From the NCBI GenBank assembly GCA_028023455.1, contig JAQFVV010000002.1, positions 32,116,001-32,180,000 of the forward strand: 64,000 nt of DNA, given 5' to 3'. Source of the stretch: Epiperipatus broadwayi. Its lineage: Eukaryota; Animalia; Onychophora. The notes below the pieces were generated by a model. That model did not search any database, was not told the DNA's origin, and was given only the letters and a program-made list of their open reading frames with translations. Positions within the stretch are counted from its first letter, which is position 1. Each line of letters begins with the position of its first letter. Both the position numbers and the translations under genes were made by a program. Positions 1-11,227 of this stretch are shown in pieces.

Positions 1-470
1 GATGGTAAGCTTGGTTAGCTGGGTTTGAGGCCCTAGGTCTCATATATCATTTGCTGGGAATATCCTGTCTAAATATAGTTTGGGACATTTTTTTACTTCA
101 TGAAATATTTTAATATTGATAAGCTTGGTTAGCTGGGTTGGATGTCCTAAGTCTCGGATATCATTTGCTGGAAGTACTCTTTCCAAATAAAGTTTGGGAC
201 ATTTTTTAACTTCATGAAACATTTTAGGGTTAAGCTTGGTTAGCTGGGTTTGATGTCCTAAGTCTCGGATATCATTTGCTGGAAGTATTTTTTCCAAATA
301 AAGTTTGGGACATTTTTTAACTTCATGAAATATTTTAATATTGATAGGTTGGGTTGGCCGAGTTCGATCTCCTAAGTCTCGGATATCATTTAATGGAAGT
401 ACTCTTTCCAAAGAAAGTTTGGGACATTCTTTAACTTCATGAAATATTTTAGTGTTGAGCCTGGTTGGCT
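1..470 (-). repeat. Coding tandem repeat, units of 114/111/114 bp (about 4 units visible)
   Basis: Anchor tgggaca recurs at 81, 195, 306 and 420; unit translates as FHEVKKCPKLYLERVLPANDIRDLGHPTQLTKLINIKI. Confidence 0.95.
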
Positions 471-825
471 GAGTTCGAGGTACCAGGCCTGGTGTATCAG
501 TCTTCTTTGTGGAATCATTTGTCTCTATTTTCTGGTTCAGGGATTCATCTGTCAATGACCCTACCGAGTTCAGGTCTGTTTCATCTTTTCTTGGTTCAAT
601 GACCCTTTTATCGTTCTTCGTGTAGCATTTTTCAAATGCAAGTCGGAGGGCTTTCTGTCCCTCTCTCACTTGTGCCAATTCGTGGATGAGTTTGGTCAAA
701 TCTTTACATTCCTCAGCTCTCCTTTGGATTTATTGTTTTTCCCATCGTTTCGCTCTTTCTTCACTTTGCTCCCACATCTCTATAAGATTCCGGAAATGGA
801 TCTCATTATCATCCGTATTTTCCAT
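1..825 (-). pseudogene. Disrupted ORF with coiled-coil-like N-terminus and 37/38-aa tandem repeats; possibly gag-like ORF of an LTR retrotransposon; runs off the window start
   Basis: ATG at 825 gives MENTDDNEIHFRNLIEMWEQSEERAKRWEKQ, then in-frame TAA (730-732), then the frame continues into the listed 40..699 ORF. The TGA at 40-42 sits where the other repeat units have CGA (DIRDLG), and the frame continues as DLGPQTQLTKLTI. Gag identity is inference only. Confidence 0.45.
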
Positions 826-3800
826 GGCCTTGGATGATTATCGTGATCGATGATGATGATGACTTTTATTTTATTTTATTGCTAACTATTTATCCTAAAC
901 AAAAATTTTTTTTTTTGAACCAATTGGTGTACTTTTAAAACACAATGTATAGCACTGATAAAGAAAGCTTTTACACTGTTTTAAGTTGAACTTACTAAAA
1001 CTAATACAGTTAAAAAAAATACTATTATTATATTTTCCTTGTTTGACTCTCTGTGATGATTATTACATTTGATTTCAAATTTTATTAATGGCTAATAGGC
1101 TATCTCCCTCTCAGTTCTGTTGGCCTAATTACTGCTTTTATGTTTATCACTAAAACCCCAACTACTACCTTTTTACTACTGCAAAAATTTCTTGTTTAAA
1201 TCTGCTGCAACATACATATAGTCTACTGCCCGTACATAAAAAAAATCTCTTAAATTCTATCTGTCAAAATATTTTGCTAACATATATATTTTTAAACTCA
1301 AGCAATTTTTATTTATACATGTTAACATTCACTAGATCCGGGTATACTTATTTCGTTCCTTCTTATTTAAGATTAGCATACATATATTTTTATTTACATA
1401 ATTATTGATCCGATTCACGTCTCATTATTTGGTCTAAGAAAAATTTACACACATTGGAAAAAAAATTACATACAAAAGAATTTAGCCTGGTGACAAAATT
1501 TATTTTAGAAGTAACTCCGTTTAATGAAATTACCCTTGGGTGCCATGTCATCAGTTAAAAGGATCCATAGACTGTTAGCTTCCCAAAATGAATTTTAATA
1601 ACTATTCCATTTAACTACAGGCACTCGTTAAAACATTCGCATTTTTTTATTGATTACAACATTTTATTTATTATTGTATTTTTTTTTTGAATTCCATACG
1701 ATAGCCTATTACATATCTACGTCATTACCGTACAAAATTACTATTATGCTATGTTGCACGTTGAGCCGATAAAACTTTATTTTGATAGAAAAATACAATA
1801 TTTGAAATATTCATAGATTGTCACAATATTCACTTGGGACAATATTTCAATAATTTACGCTATGCGTGCATAGCGTGACTTAGGTGAAACAATAAATACA
1901 GATAAATATAGATGGCTCGTATCACACTATAGCAAGTTTGGACAGGTTCAGATTATAATATATGTAATTGAATGCCCGAGTCAAACAAAATACTGTATAT
2001 GAAATATATATGCAAATAAACACATAGATAATATAGAGTTTGAAAAATATTATATATATCAAAACATAAGGGATTTGAGTGATTAAATATGAAACAAATT
2101 GCTAAAATTAAGCTACAGGAATGTGGGTGTTTAACTAATTAAGATCTACGGGGATGTGGGTGCTTAAATCTTCGAGGCTCCACGTTTGGGCAAGCCATGT
2201 ACCCGGAAAAAAATATATACTATGTAACAGTCAGAATCATTTATCTCACTAACACTGCAGAATTCAAACCCCAGACACAAAACTGAACATTCCAGAAGGG
2301 GTTGCCTTCTAGATATACTAAGTTCGAATCTAAAGCCCAAATTTCACAGCGCCACCTACATGATAATGCATCTGATGCTACTACTAGTATAACCTTTTAC
2401 CGGTGCCTGGTGGTCAGGGAGAAACAAAAGACTCTATACTAAAAGAAGCGTGGGTGGCTAATTAACGTCTATGGATTTACAAAAGAAATACATAAAATAT
2501 ATATATATATAGACCGAGACAGTGATAGGAATCAAATAAAATAAGAGATCAAATTTAGTTTTAAATAATTTCACAAAATTTATTTATATAAATTATATAT
2601 ATAATGCCACTGTCTGCTTATATGAGACAGGGATGCGTATTAAATAATTGTTGGCATTATATTCCAATAAATGACAAAAGGTTTTAAAGCAAAATTATAT
2701 ATTCTAGCCCTCGGGCTAATAGCATTACGATAATGTGCATAAAAAGATAGGAACATGTGCGAGGTGCTTTGAGTAATTATAACAGTTTAATAAAATATTT
2801 GATATTACGGGTTATATAATATTTATTGATTTCGAGAATGGCACGAACAAAAGCTTACGAAGCAATAAAGTGGGGATGTGATCAAGGCATTTAGTTGATA
2901 ATAATAATTGAAGCAGATAGGAGGTCAGTATTGCTAATAATGAATTTATTAAAGTTGGAGGGTGTGACATGTTTAAGTCACGGATGCTTTGTAAAAATAA
3001 ATATAAAATAAAATAATAGTGAAATATTTGGAATGACTACGGAGGGCAACTCGCCGCTAACCCATAGGAAAGTGTTGTCACGAACAGCCGAAACTTAGTG
3101 ACTGGGTGACGGTTGCATTTAATTCCCAGGTGTGACATTTGTGGACACACTCTGCCTGGAAACCACAGGGAATGAAAAGAAAGCGAGGATAACGGACTTG
3201 GCCATGTAAAATCCTTGGAAAAGCACAACAAAGCGGTCTCAACAACCAATTCATTTACCAGCAATACTAAACTAATGTATATAAAACATACTAAATGGGT
3301 TTTACTTGGATTAAGAGAAATGCCCAATCAAATTCCCAGAAATTCATTTAAAAGGGTCCGCACATTCTCGACGTCAATGATGAACTTTGTAATTAAAGTA
3401 GAACACGGTAATTAAAATAGGAAAATGCATGCTTGCGGGTTTGAAAAGTAAGTATAGATTTATATACGCAATCATGCATTAGGGGACACATTTCATCATT
3501 GACCTCACACATACTCTCATATTAGATTAAAATCAATAACATGTAGATTTTAAACTATGTGATTATATTATATATTAAAGAAAAGAATCGCCCTCGAACG
3601 AGTGATTTGCAAGATAATAAAATTGGAAAATTATTTAGAAATTTAAAATATGCCTTCATAGCGGCGTTTTATTTTCAACAAAAGAAATAATTCACTCGGT
3701 CAAAGATGATTCTGACACATTATCATAATAAAATAACAGAAAGCTTAATAAATAGAAAATATTAACCCAAGGATAGAGAGCAAAAATGTTGATTATATTT

Positions 3801-4950
3801 AAAGAAGTACATAATGACGTTATGTGAAATATAAGAAAACAATTTAAAATAGCTATAGCATGTTAGTTATCACAAGAGCTCTTGGGTTAATTTAGGGTTA
3901 CCTCTGGAGAAGCATTTTAGGTAGATTGATGGTCGGCAGGTTTTTATATAAATTAACAGCAAAATCTGGAAATGTTCATATTTTTGGCAGCAGCAGCAGT
4001 TCCGGAATTCCTTGTGTGATAACTTCCGATGGTCTACGGCAGCATATAGCCCTTCCGGAGAGAAATAGCCTTCTTGCGCTCTACTCCGTCATGTCAAGAT
4101 TTACAAATTACTACAAATTTTGGTTAGAAACATTAGACCTCAGAATGATTTCTCTTAGAAACATTAGAATGGAGAACAAAAGAAAACCCTCCTTTTTATA
4201 ATAGAATTTAACAATAGAACTGCCCTGGAGCGTTACAAAAATATATCGGACTTATCAGCTGTAATTAAATCTATCTGAATGTCTAAAGGAATTCAACATT
4301 AATTAATTTCTTTTGTTAATTTCCCTGTCGACATTCGAATTACAAACTAGATTTAATTAAAAATTCCTTTTACTAATTAAAGAAAACCTTAAGTGGACAT
4401 CTGCTGTTTTTAGATAAACTTATATAACATTAACTAATTAAACTATTGTCCCTCATTTATTTTAACAGAAATATTTGGAATGACTTTTATTAAATTAAAC
4501 GAAAATTACTTTACTTTTAAATTGCAATATTTGAATCTATTTACTAAACGAATATTTACTAAATGAATTTTATTTTAAATCAAAATATATTATGACGGTA
4601 ATATATTTTTGTAAATAGATTCAAACAAAATAACTTTAACAATTTATAATTTTGATATGTTTTAAAATGCATATCATAGTGTGTGCGCAATTACGACTTA
4701 TATAACCTACTTTTTAATAAATCAAAATTATGTGAACATATACATAATCTATAATCTTTTATTTATTTGGGAATGAGTTATATATATAATACGAGCATTG
4801 TACTCGTGGTTTAAAATTAGGCGGGATTTTCGGTATATAAGCGTATTGCAAACACACTACGATAGATTGGGGTTCAAACTAAGGTATGAGGGTAGGAAAT
4901 AGATGAGAAAAGGTGAAACGAAGATCTGCAAAGCAGACCTTACTGTTTCA

Positions 4951-5198
4951 ATATATATACACACCTACATTTTGACTGTCCTGCAGACTTCTTCAGAGAC
5001 AGTTCACTTTAATCTCTTTAAAAAATGTTTTTTTAAAAAACGTTTTTAAGAAATTAAAGTGAACACCTACATTTCGACTGTCCTGCAGTTCACTTTAATC
5101 TCTTAAAAAACATTTTTGTGTTTTTTGAGAGATTAAAGTGAACTGGCTCTGAAGAAGACTGCAGGACAGTCTAAACATAGGTGTATGTATATATATAC
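4951..5198. mobile_element. Fold-back element made of inverted PLE-type termini carrying decayed hammerhead motifs
   Basis: 4961-5025 is the reverse complement of about 5120-5190; an internal partial copy lies at 5064-5110; both ends are flanked by atatatatac. Confidence 0.8.
5144..5183 (+). ncRNA. Decayed minimal hammerhead-like motif (PLE type); inverted copies at 4964-5000 and 5064-5088
   Basis: CTGAAGA(5149-5155)-A-GACTG cagga CAGTC-TAAA-CATAGG. The other copies read CAGTC-AAAA-TGTAGG and CAGTC-GAAA-TGTAGG, so the consensus is CTGAAGA A GACTG cagga CAGTC GAAA CGTA. Stem II is a perfect 5 bp; stem I is weak. Confidence 0.6.
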
Positions 5199-5329
5199 AA
5201 ATAAAGAGTTTTGCTAAAAAGTGTTTGAAGTCGTTTGGATAAATTGTATTTATAGGATATTATAGCAAAATAAAGAAAAGTGTGATTTTGGTTTTTTATT
5301 TACAACATTTCAACTTTTAAATCACTCTT

Positions 5330-6170
5330 TATATTTGTTTCTTCCACATTTACTTTTGAATATCATTATTTACAAATGGTGTGCACTTAACTCCTTTATT
5401 TCATTATTCATTATCAAATTCCACATTAGATAAATTTATAAAATTATTCTCTTCTTTTTTACTCCTTTAACTTATAGTAGACATATTCTTTAATCCATGT
5501 TTAAAATTTTCTTCTTTATAACTCAACCATTTCCATTTGTGATCATGTTTCTTCCAAAGTCAATTTCTCAATTCAATATTTCGATACAACAAACCGATCT
5601 TCATATATTCAAATAAATTTTCAGATATATTTCTCTTTAATATATATTTCTTCATATTATATTTTTTAATAGTATAATTAATTTCAACATATTTTTTTAA
5701 AAAAACCAATTTAAAATTGCCACTTGAAATTTATTAGATAAACCTTTAATTTTATAATTTTTCACGTTAATAATCTGAAGTTACACGATATAGGCATTAT
5801 TCCATTATTTTTATATTTATTTAAAAATGATAACTGGTATTTTAACCTTTCAATTCCCTTCTGAATATTCTATAACTGTTTAAAAACATTAAAATCCATT
5901 CCATCCAAATTTAATTATAAAAATGTCAACATATTATTTACATAAGATTTGTTCATATTATTAAAATTCTGTATACAATAATGTTCAAAAAAACTGTTAC
6001 GATGCCGAAATACATAAAACTCAAATATAAAAAAATTATTTGTCCACAATGTTTTTATAGATATATACTTAATATAAGAATCATTCTTAATAAAATTGAA
6101 ACAAACAATCAATTATATTTACAATTATTTAATTATCAATCCGGCTTTCATCACTTATCGAGACCTTTTC
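5330..6170 (-). mobile_element. Degenerate N-terminal region of a Penelope-like ORF
   Basis: Minus translation near 5350-5460 is NNFINLSNVEFDNE**NKGVKCTPF, resembling the PLE pre-RT motif INLS..L...E..L.KGLKF.P. Confidence 0.5.
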
Positions 6171-6239
6171 AAGATATATAGTTTTATAGATCACATGATC
6201 GATTTACATTTACTCCACCTATTGGGAATAGTATAAATG

Positions 6240-6560
6240 GTATTAATAGTAGGGGAGGAATGGTTTATACAATTGAATATGGAAATTGTAATAAGGTATA
6301 TATAGGACAGACAGAGTGAACAATAACTTGATAGAGCAATTAGTAGAAGAAATTCTAAGTCAGGATCATGTATACATTATTTAGATACTGGTTATAAAAT
6401 AGAGTGTAAGAAGAATATTAGAGTTATGAAACATGTTAAAGATTATTGAAAAAGGATATGTTATGCAACTTTGTACATTTAGAAAGTTTGGATAGATGTG
6501 TAGCAACAAAATTAAGTAGAAATGGGCATACTTAAATAATTGGAAGGTTTAAAAATTATG
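6240..6560 (+). mobile_element. Penelope-like GIY-YIG endonuclease remnant
   Basis: Plus translation GMVYTIEYGNCNKVYIGQT at about 6255-6315, followed by HYLDTGYKIECKKNIRVMKH. Confidence 0.7.
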
Positions 6561-6706
6561 GTAAAATTGTGAATGAGTTTATAAAAGGGTAGGGAAAAAG
6601 TAGAATATATCACTAGATGGAGCTTTATTAATAGCCCACTATCAAGCTTGTTTACATAAACACTGAGAGAGATGGAATTTAATATCTCTTTCAAATTGTT
6701 TCTAAT

Positions 6707-6748
6707 CTTTAAACCATGATTTTGAGCTAGTTGGCTCATGTCAGTAAA
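6707..6748 (-). ncRNA. Degenerate hammerhead-like motif related to the 20845-21245 family
   Basis: Minus strand reads CTTTA-CTGACAT-GAGC caacta GCTC-AAA-TCATGG-TT-TAAAG: perfect 5-bp stem I and 4-bp stem II, but mutated core. Adjacent agggtagg...actagatctaaaca..ccaactc also occurs at about 20986-21022. Confidence 0.45.
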
Positions 6749-7299
6749 GGGTAGGAAGACTAGAAACTAGATCTAAACACCAACTCTACTAAAACACAAT
6801 ACCCATTATAAAAAATATTATATATATAGTTTAAAAAAATTCTTAGGTATTTTTTTATGTCATTTATTTATATGTTTATATGTATAATGTTAATTGTGCT
6901 GGTGAAGATAGAATAATGTCCAATAGGTGGAATAAATGTAATTTATAGGTCATATGATGTATAAAACTTTATATTTTGAAAGGTCTCAATAGGCGATGAA
7001 AGCCGGGTTGATAATTAAATAATTAAAATTCATTGTTTGTTTCAATTTTATTTACATTGATTATTATATTAAGTATTATGTAGTTATTATTAGTTTTAGA
7101 ATAATATTAACAAGAAATATTATTGATGCTCAATAAGATAATACTATCATAATGTAGGATCGATCTAGTTTTAGCTTGATTTCATTAGGTTTACTATATA
7201 CACTGCTATTGGAGATTGTTTATAGGCCTTATTAAAAGAAAAGAAATTACAAGTAGAGAGCTAGCAAAATTGATGTTCTTACATATTAAATATTGATTG

Positions 7300-10200
7300 T
7301 AATTGAGCAATTATCTATATATATAATGGGTAGTAATGAGAATAATCAATAGCCTAGTCACTGGGTTGTTATTAATGAAATCAGATTGCATATAGCTGCA
7401 AAAATATCAATTGGTGCATGGCCTGTCTCTGATCTTAATGTTATTTAATTTTTTTACAAAGAGTGATTTAGTATTGTGAGATTAAAGCATTGATAACGTC
7501 ATAGGAACCAGAGTGGGAAAAGGGTGAAGGAAGTAATTCTTATATTGGGAAAAAGATTACTCTCCATATTATTGATGACGTTCTTGATTGTTAGTGAGAT
7601 TGAATGAGTAATGTAGTGATAAGAGTATGACAAGGAAGAAGTGAGGAACACTCCATAAGTGTTACAGTGTTTCTTCATTTCTATGACAGAGGACACACAA
7701 TGGATCTATATTTGTGAAGTGTCACTTGTATGAGAGAAAATAATTAATAGGAAATGCTTTGACATTTATTTAATTAAGAAGACCAGATATGTGGATTCCA
7801 AGTGACAATATCTGAACTTTTTCATAATGTATTCGTTACTACATAAGAAGAAAGAGGAAATATTATTTGATATGTTATTATTATCTTCAATTTCATATGC
7901 TTGCCAATTTTATTTAAAAATAGATTATAAGAAAGTGTAGTGTGCTTACTTATGAAGGTTATTACGCGTTTGATAAAATTATTGTTAATGAGTAGTAGTC
8001 AGTAGAGTCAATAGAATTTATACTATTAATACTTGGGAATAAACTTAGTTAATTCATTAATGGATCTCTGAAAATAAAAGATGGAAATGTCATGTAATGA
8101 GAGACCACTGAATTCACTGTTTTTTTTTTTTTATATTCCGTATGCTTAAAGCTACTTTTTTGATCCACATTAGTTTGGTGATAAGGAAGTTTATTTTTAA
8201 TGAAAAAATAAATTTAATGAGTGAGAAACAATTAACTTTTAAAAAATATTAAAATGTTGACAAGTGATTTCGGTCAAAACAGTAAGTTGATTTTTAATAG
8301 CAGTTTATATCGCATTGTAAAAGAAGTGCATTGGGAAACCTAAAAATTTATGAGAAATAGAGGGAAAATTGAAAAGAATAGTATTGCCTATAAGAATATT
8401 TCAAATAGAAGATTTGTTTTTATTAAAGTGGAATGTGAAATTGATAGTAAAGTTATTAAGTATAATGTAAGTAGTAAGGTAAGGAACTTTTTTGAGGGGA
8501 AATAACTAAGTTGTCCATATAGGAGATGTGATTTATGATTTGGTCAATTATGGAAATATTTATTACTTTCTATTTCCAAAAGAAGGGAGTTGATTTAAGT
8601 CGTGAAGAGAAGAGAGCTAAGAGGGGAACCTTAAGGAACAGACTTATGTAGATGATGTCCAGTGAATATTTTTTCAGAGTGTGGTGCATTCTTCTCTATT
8701 TAAAAATAGAATTTTCAGTATGTAAATGAATAGCATAATTATATTATACTCTTAAAGTAATGGAATAGATTAGATATAAGAACCGAATCAAATGAAGACT
8801 TTACATCCAATTGCACAACAATCACTTTCCTACATTTCCTAATATGGTCTATCATCACTTTAAACAGAATAGCAGCTGATGAAATAACAGAACAGTTTTG
8901 TGCTAACTAAAATTTTTATATTTAAGGAGTAGTTGGATATTATCTTTAATAATTGATCTGCTATTTTACTAAGGAATGGAATCATGGATATGGGTCTAAA
9001 ATTGTCCAAGGGGGGAAAAGATTTTTTTTTAAAAAGAAACCATAGACATAGGATAGAGTTGTGGAATAATATGTATTTGTTTGGATAAATGTTTAATTAA
9101 ATTTTTAATTATTGGAACTGTGAAATGGTTGAGATGATTACACAGGAATTTGGGTATTGCATGAGATCCTAGATGAGTATCATTAGGAATGCTGTTTAAC
9201 TTGAAGGCAATATCACATTTGATAATTCCATGATATCTAACATAATGTTTAAATAATAGTGTCAAATTTGTGATAGGAGTTTGAAATTTGGATTTAAACT
9301 GATAATATTTGAGGGGCAGCATGTTTTCTCTAGTTAGCACATTTGAGTCTTTCCAAATAAATGATCATATTGCTGCTTTTGGTTTATAACTAAGGGCCCA
9401 TTCTATATATCCTTTTGAATAGTTGTGGAGATCTGCCATATATATTTTTGATTTTTTAATAGACTGATAATTATTCAAGATTTGTTGTGTGTGTTTGTAT
9501 TTTTGGTTGAGAGATATGATTATTGGAATAGAAGTTGTTGAAGAGAAAATATTTTTTAGTTGAAGATGTATGGTATCCAATTCTTTTACCAATGTAGTTG
9601 GAGGTAATAATTTATGTCAGGTTTGAAGATGTTTATAAATGTAAACTATGAGTCCACATGATTTAATTCCATGTTTATTTTTTAAAAACAAATATAAATT
9701 TCTGATAGGACAGCTTCAACAGTCATGAATTTTAGACATAATCTAATAGTGTTATTAAGGCTGAATACTGAATGACTTTGCAAGTTTAACTCGATTTTAA
9801 TTGACAGTGCTAGGTGGTCTAAAAAGCTTATAGGTATTAATTGGGTTGATGAAAAAATGGAAGTCAAGGGAGTAGAAAATAAGATCTATTAGTATAGATT
9901 GTGAGTAGAAAAGAAGGTCTATTAGTATGGAGTGTTTTTTTTTAGTGTAGAAAGAATGAGTTTGATGGGAAAAGCATTTCTGCTCTTATGAGTCTGGCAT
10001 TAATCTGGAGATTTTTTTTACAAAAGTTGAGTACAGCATCTTGAAATCACCAATTAAAATTATCAGATGGGGATTAGTAGAAATAAGCAAATTTATCTTC
10101 CTTATAAATATTAACTCCGTTTTCTTGTAAAGGTATACTGTGATTATGTCTATTGTGAGGGAAATATGATAATGGGTTATTATGTTCACACTGGAATCAA

Positions 10201-10300
10201 GATATAAAATTTTAAACTGCATAAATGGAGAATTGTGGTGTATAATCTTTCCTACTCCAAGTTCAGATGTATCAGATTGTGATAACTTAAGGAATCCAAA
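7300..10300 (-). mobile_element. Highly degenerate non-LTR retrotransposon (APE endonuclease + RT; clade not determined)
   Basis: Minus-strand motifs in the expected order: LIILIGDFK (about 10040), LNSIPNDTHLGSHAIPKFL (about 9190), VIVVQLDVKSSFDSV (about 8790-8830), VP*GSPLSSLLF (about 8610-8640), TYGVFLTSSLSY (about 7640). Confidence 0.7.
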
Positions 10301-10399
10301 TTTATTAAAATATCTGTTATTATAAATTACATAGATATTATGAAATCTAAAATAGTAAGCAACAAAGCTGTAGCTGAATGGACAAAAAATGATAAAGAT

Positions 10400-10860
10400 T
10401 ATAAACTAATAGCAAATTGGATTAAATAAGAATAGCCCAAGAAATAACCAAGATACATAGAACCATCAATTTAGAATGCTTGGGAAAGTTTGTCAGGACA
10501 CCCTACAACTGTACACATAAAGGAACTAGTGCACTTGTACATTTGGTGGCTGAATATAAATGGTGACAGAGCAAACTGTAAGATGTCAAACCTGTCAACA
10601 AATAATGAGCCTACTGGCAAAACAGTACCACCCTTAACTTGATGCCACAAGAGAATGGGAAAGAGTCCATTTATACCTTGCTGGGACATTCTGTGGACAC
10701 ATATTTCTGAAAACCATAAATGCATATTCCAAATGATCAGAATATCATTTGATGAAAAATACTAGCACAGAGAAGTTTTAAATGAACATTTTTCTGCACA
10801 TGGATATTCTGAGACTATAGCAACAGTCAATAACACAGGATTAACTAGATGCTACTGAAG
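10400..10860 (+). mobile_element. Ty3/Gypsy integrase fragment
   Basis: EWERVHLYLAGTFCGHIFLKTINAYSK*SE at about 10652-10742 matches the Gypsy integrase motif W.RVH.DFAG.F.G..FL..VDAYSKWPE. Confidence 0.75.
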
Positions 10861-11074
10861 GACTCTCTTGTTCTGAAGTGGATATGGAATGTACTTACAC
10901 CATCATATCACCTTCAATCAATCAGAATAGCAGAAAAGACTGGCCAACATTTGAAATGCATTTTTATATTGAACTATTTCCATCATCTAATATGAATATG
11001 AAATGTCTTCAGAGAAATTTAATTCAATATTCCAAATACATTCAACTGTTAGTAATAGCACATCAAACAGGTTA

Positions 11075-11126
11075 GTATATGAACATTTCAAGATGTACTA
11101 TTCTCTCCTCTTCTTCAGGTGTGCTA
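11075..11126 (-). ncRNA. Decayed minimal hammerhead motif in the PLE terminal repeat; second copy at 13172-13207 (+)
   Basis: Left copy (minus): CTGAAGA-A-GAGGAGAGAATAGTACATCTT-GAAA-TGTT. Right copy: CTGAAAA-A-GAGGGAG aataata CTTCTC-AAAA-TGTT. Inferred consensus CTGAAGA A GAGGRAG..CTYCTC GAAA CGTT. Confidence 0.55.
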
Positions 11127-11144
11127 ATTGGACCAGTGACAGTA

Positions 11145-11227
11145 CTAGCATGGATTCAAACCTGAACCCTTAGATTCTTGAGTATTGAATTTTAAGGTAA
11201 CGCTCTAACCAACTGAGCTATCCTGCC
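11145..11227 (-). other. tRNA-Lys-like Pol III cassette (A and B boxes) inside the PLE terminal repeat; inverted copy at 13062-13144 (+)
   Basis: GGCAGGATAGCTCAGTTGGTTAGAGCG...AATCTAAGGGTTCAGGTTTGAATCC resembles eukaryotic tRNA-Lys(TTT) (GGATAGCTCAGTCGGTAGAGC...AATCTGAGGGTCCAGGGTTCAAGTCC). The anticodon region is expanded; this is not a functional tRNA. Confidence 0.7.

Noticed and set aside
3076-3137. TGTCACG...GTGACA segment resembling Gypsy LTR termini
   Set aside because: Only 62 bp, with no convincing PBS, partner LTR or TSD.
3037-4201. Short ORFs 3037-3327, 3215-3415 and 3926-4201
   Set aside because: No recognisable motifs or splice support; probably untranslated TE sequence.
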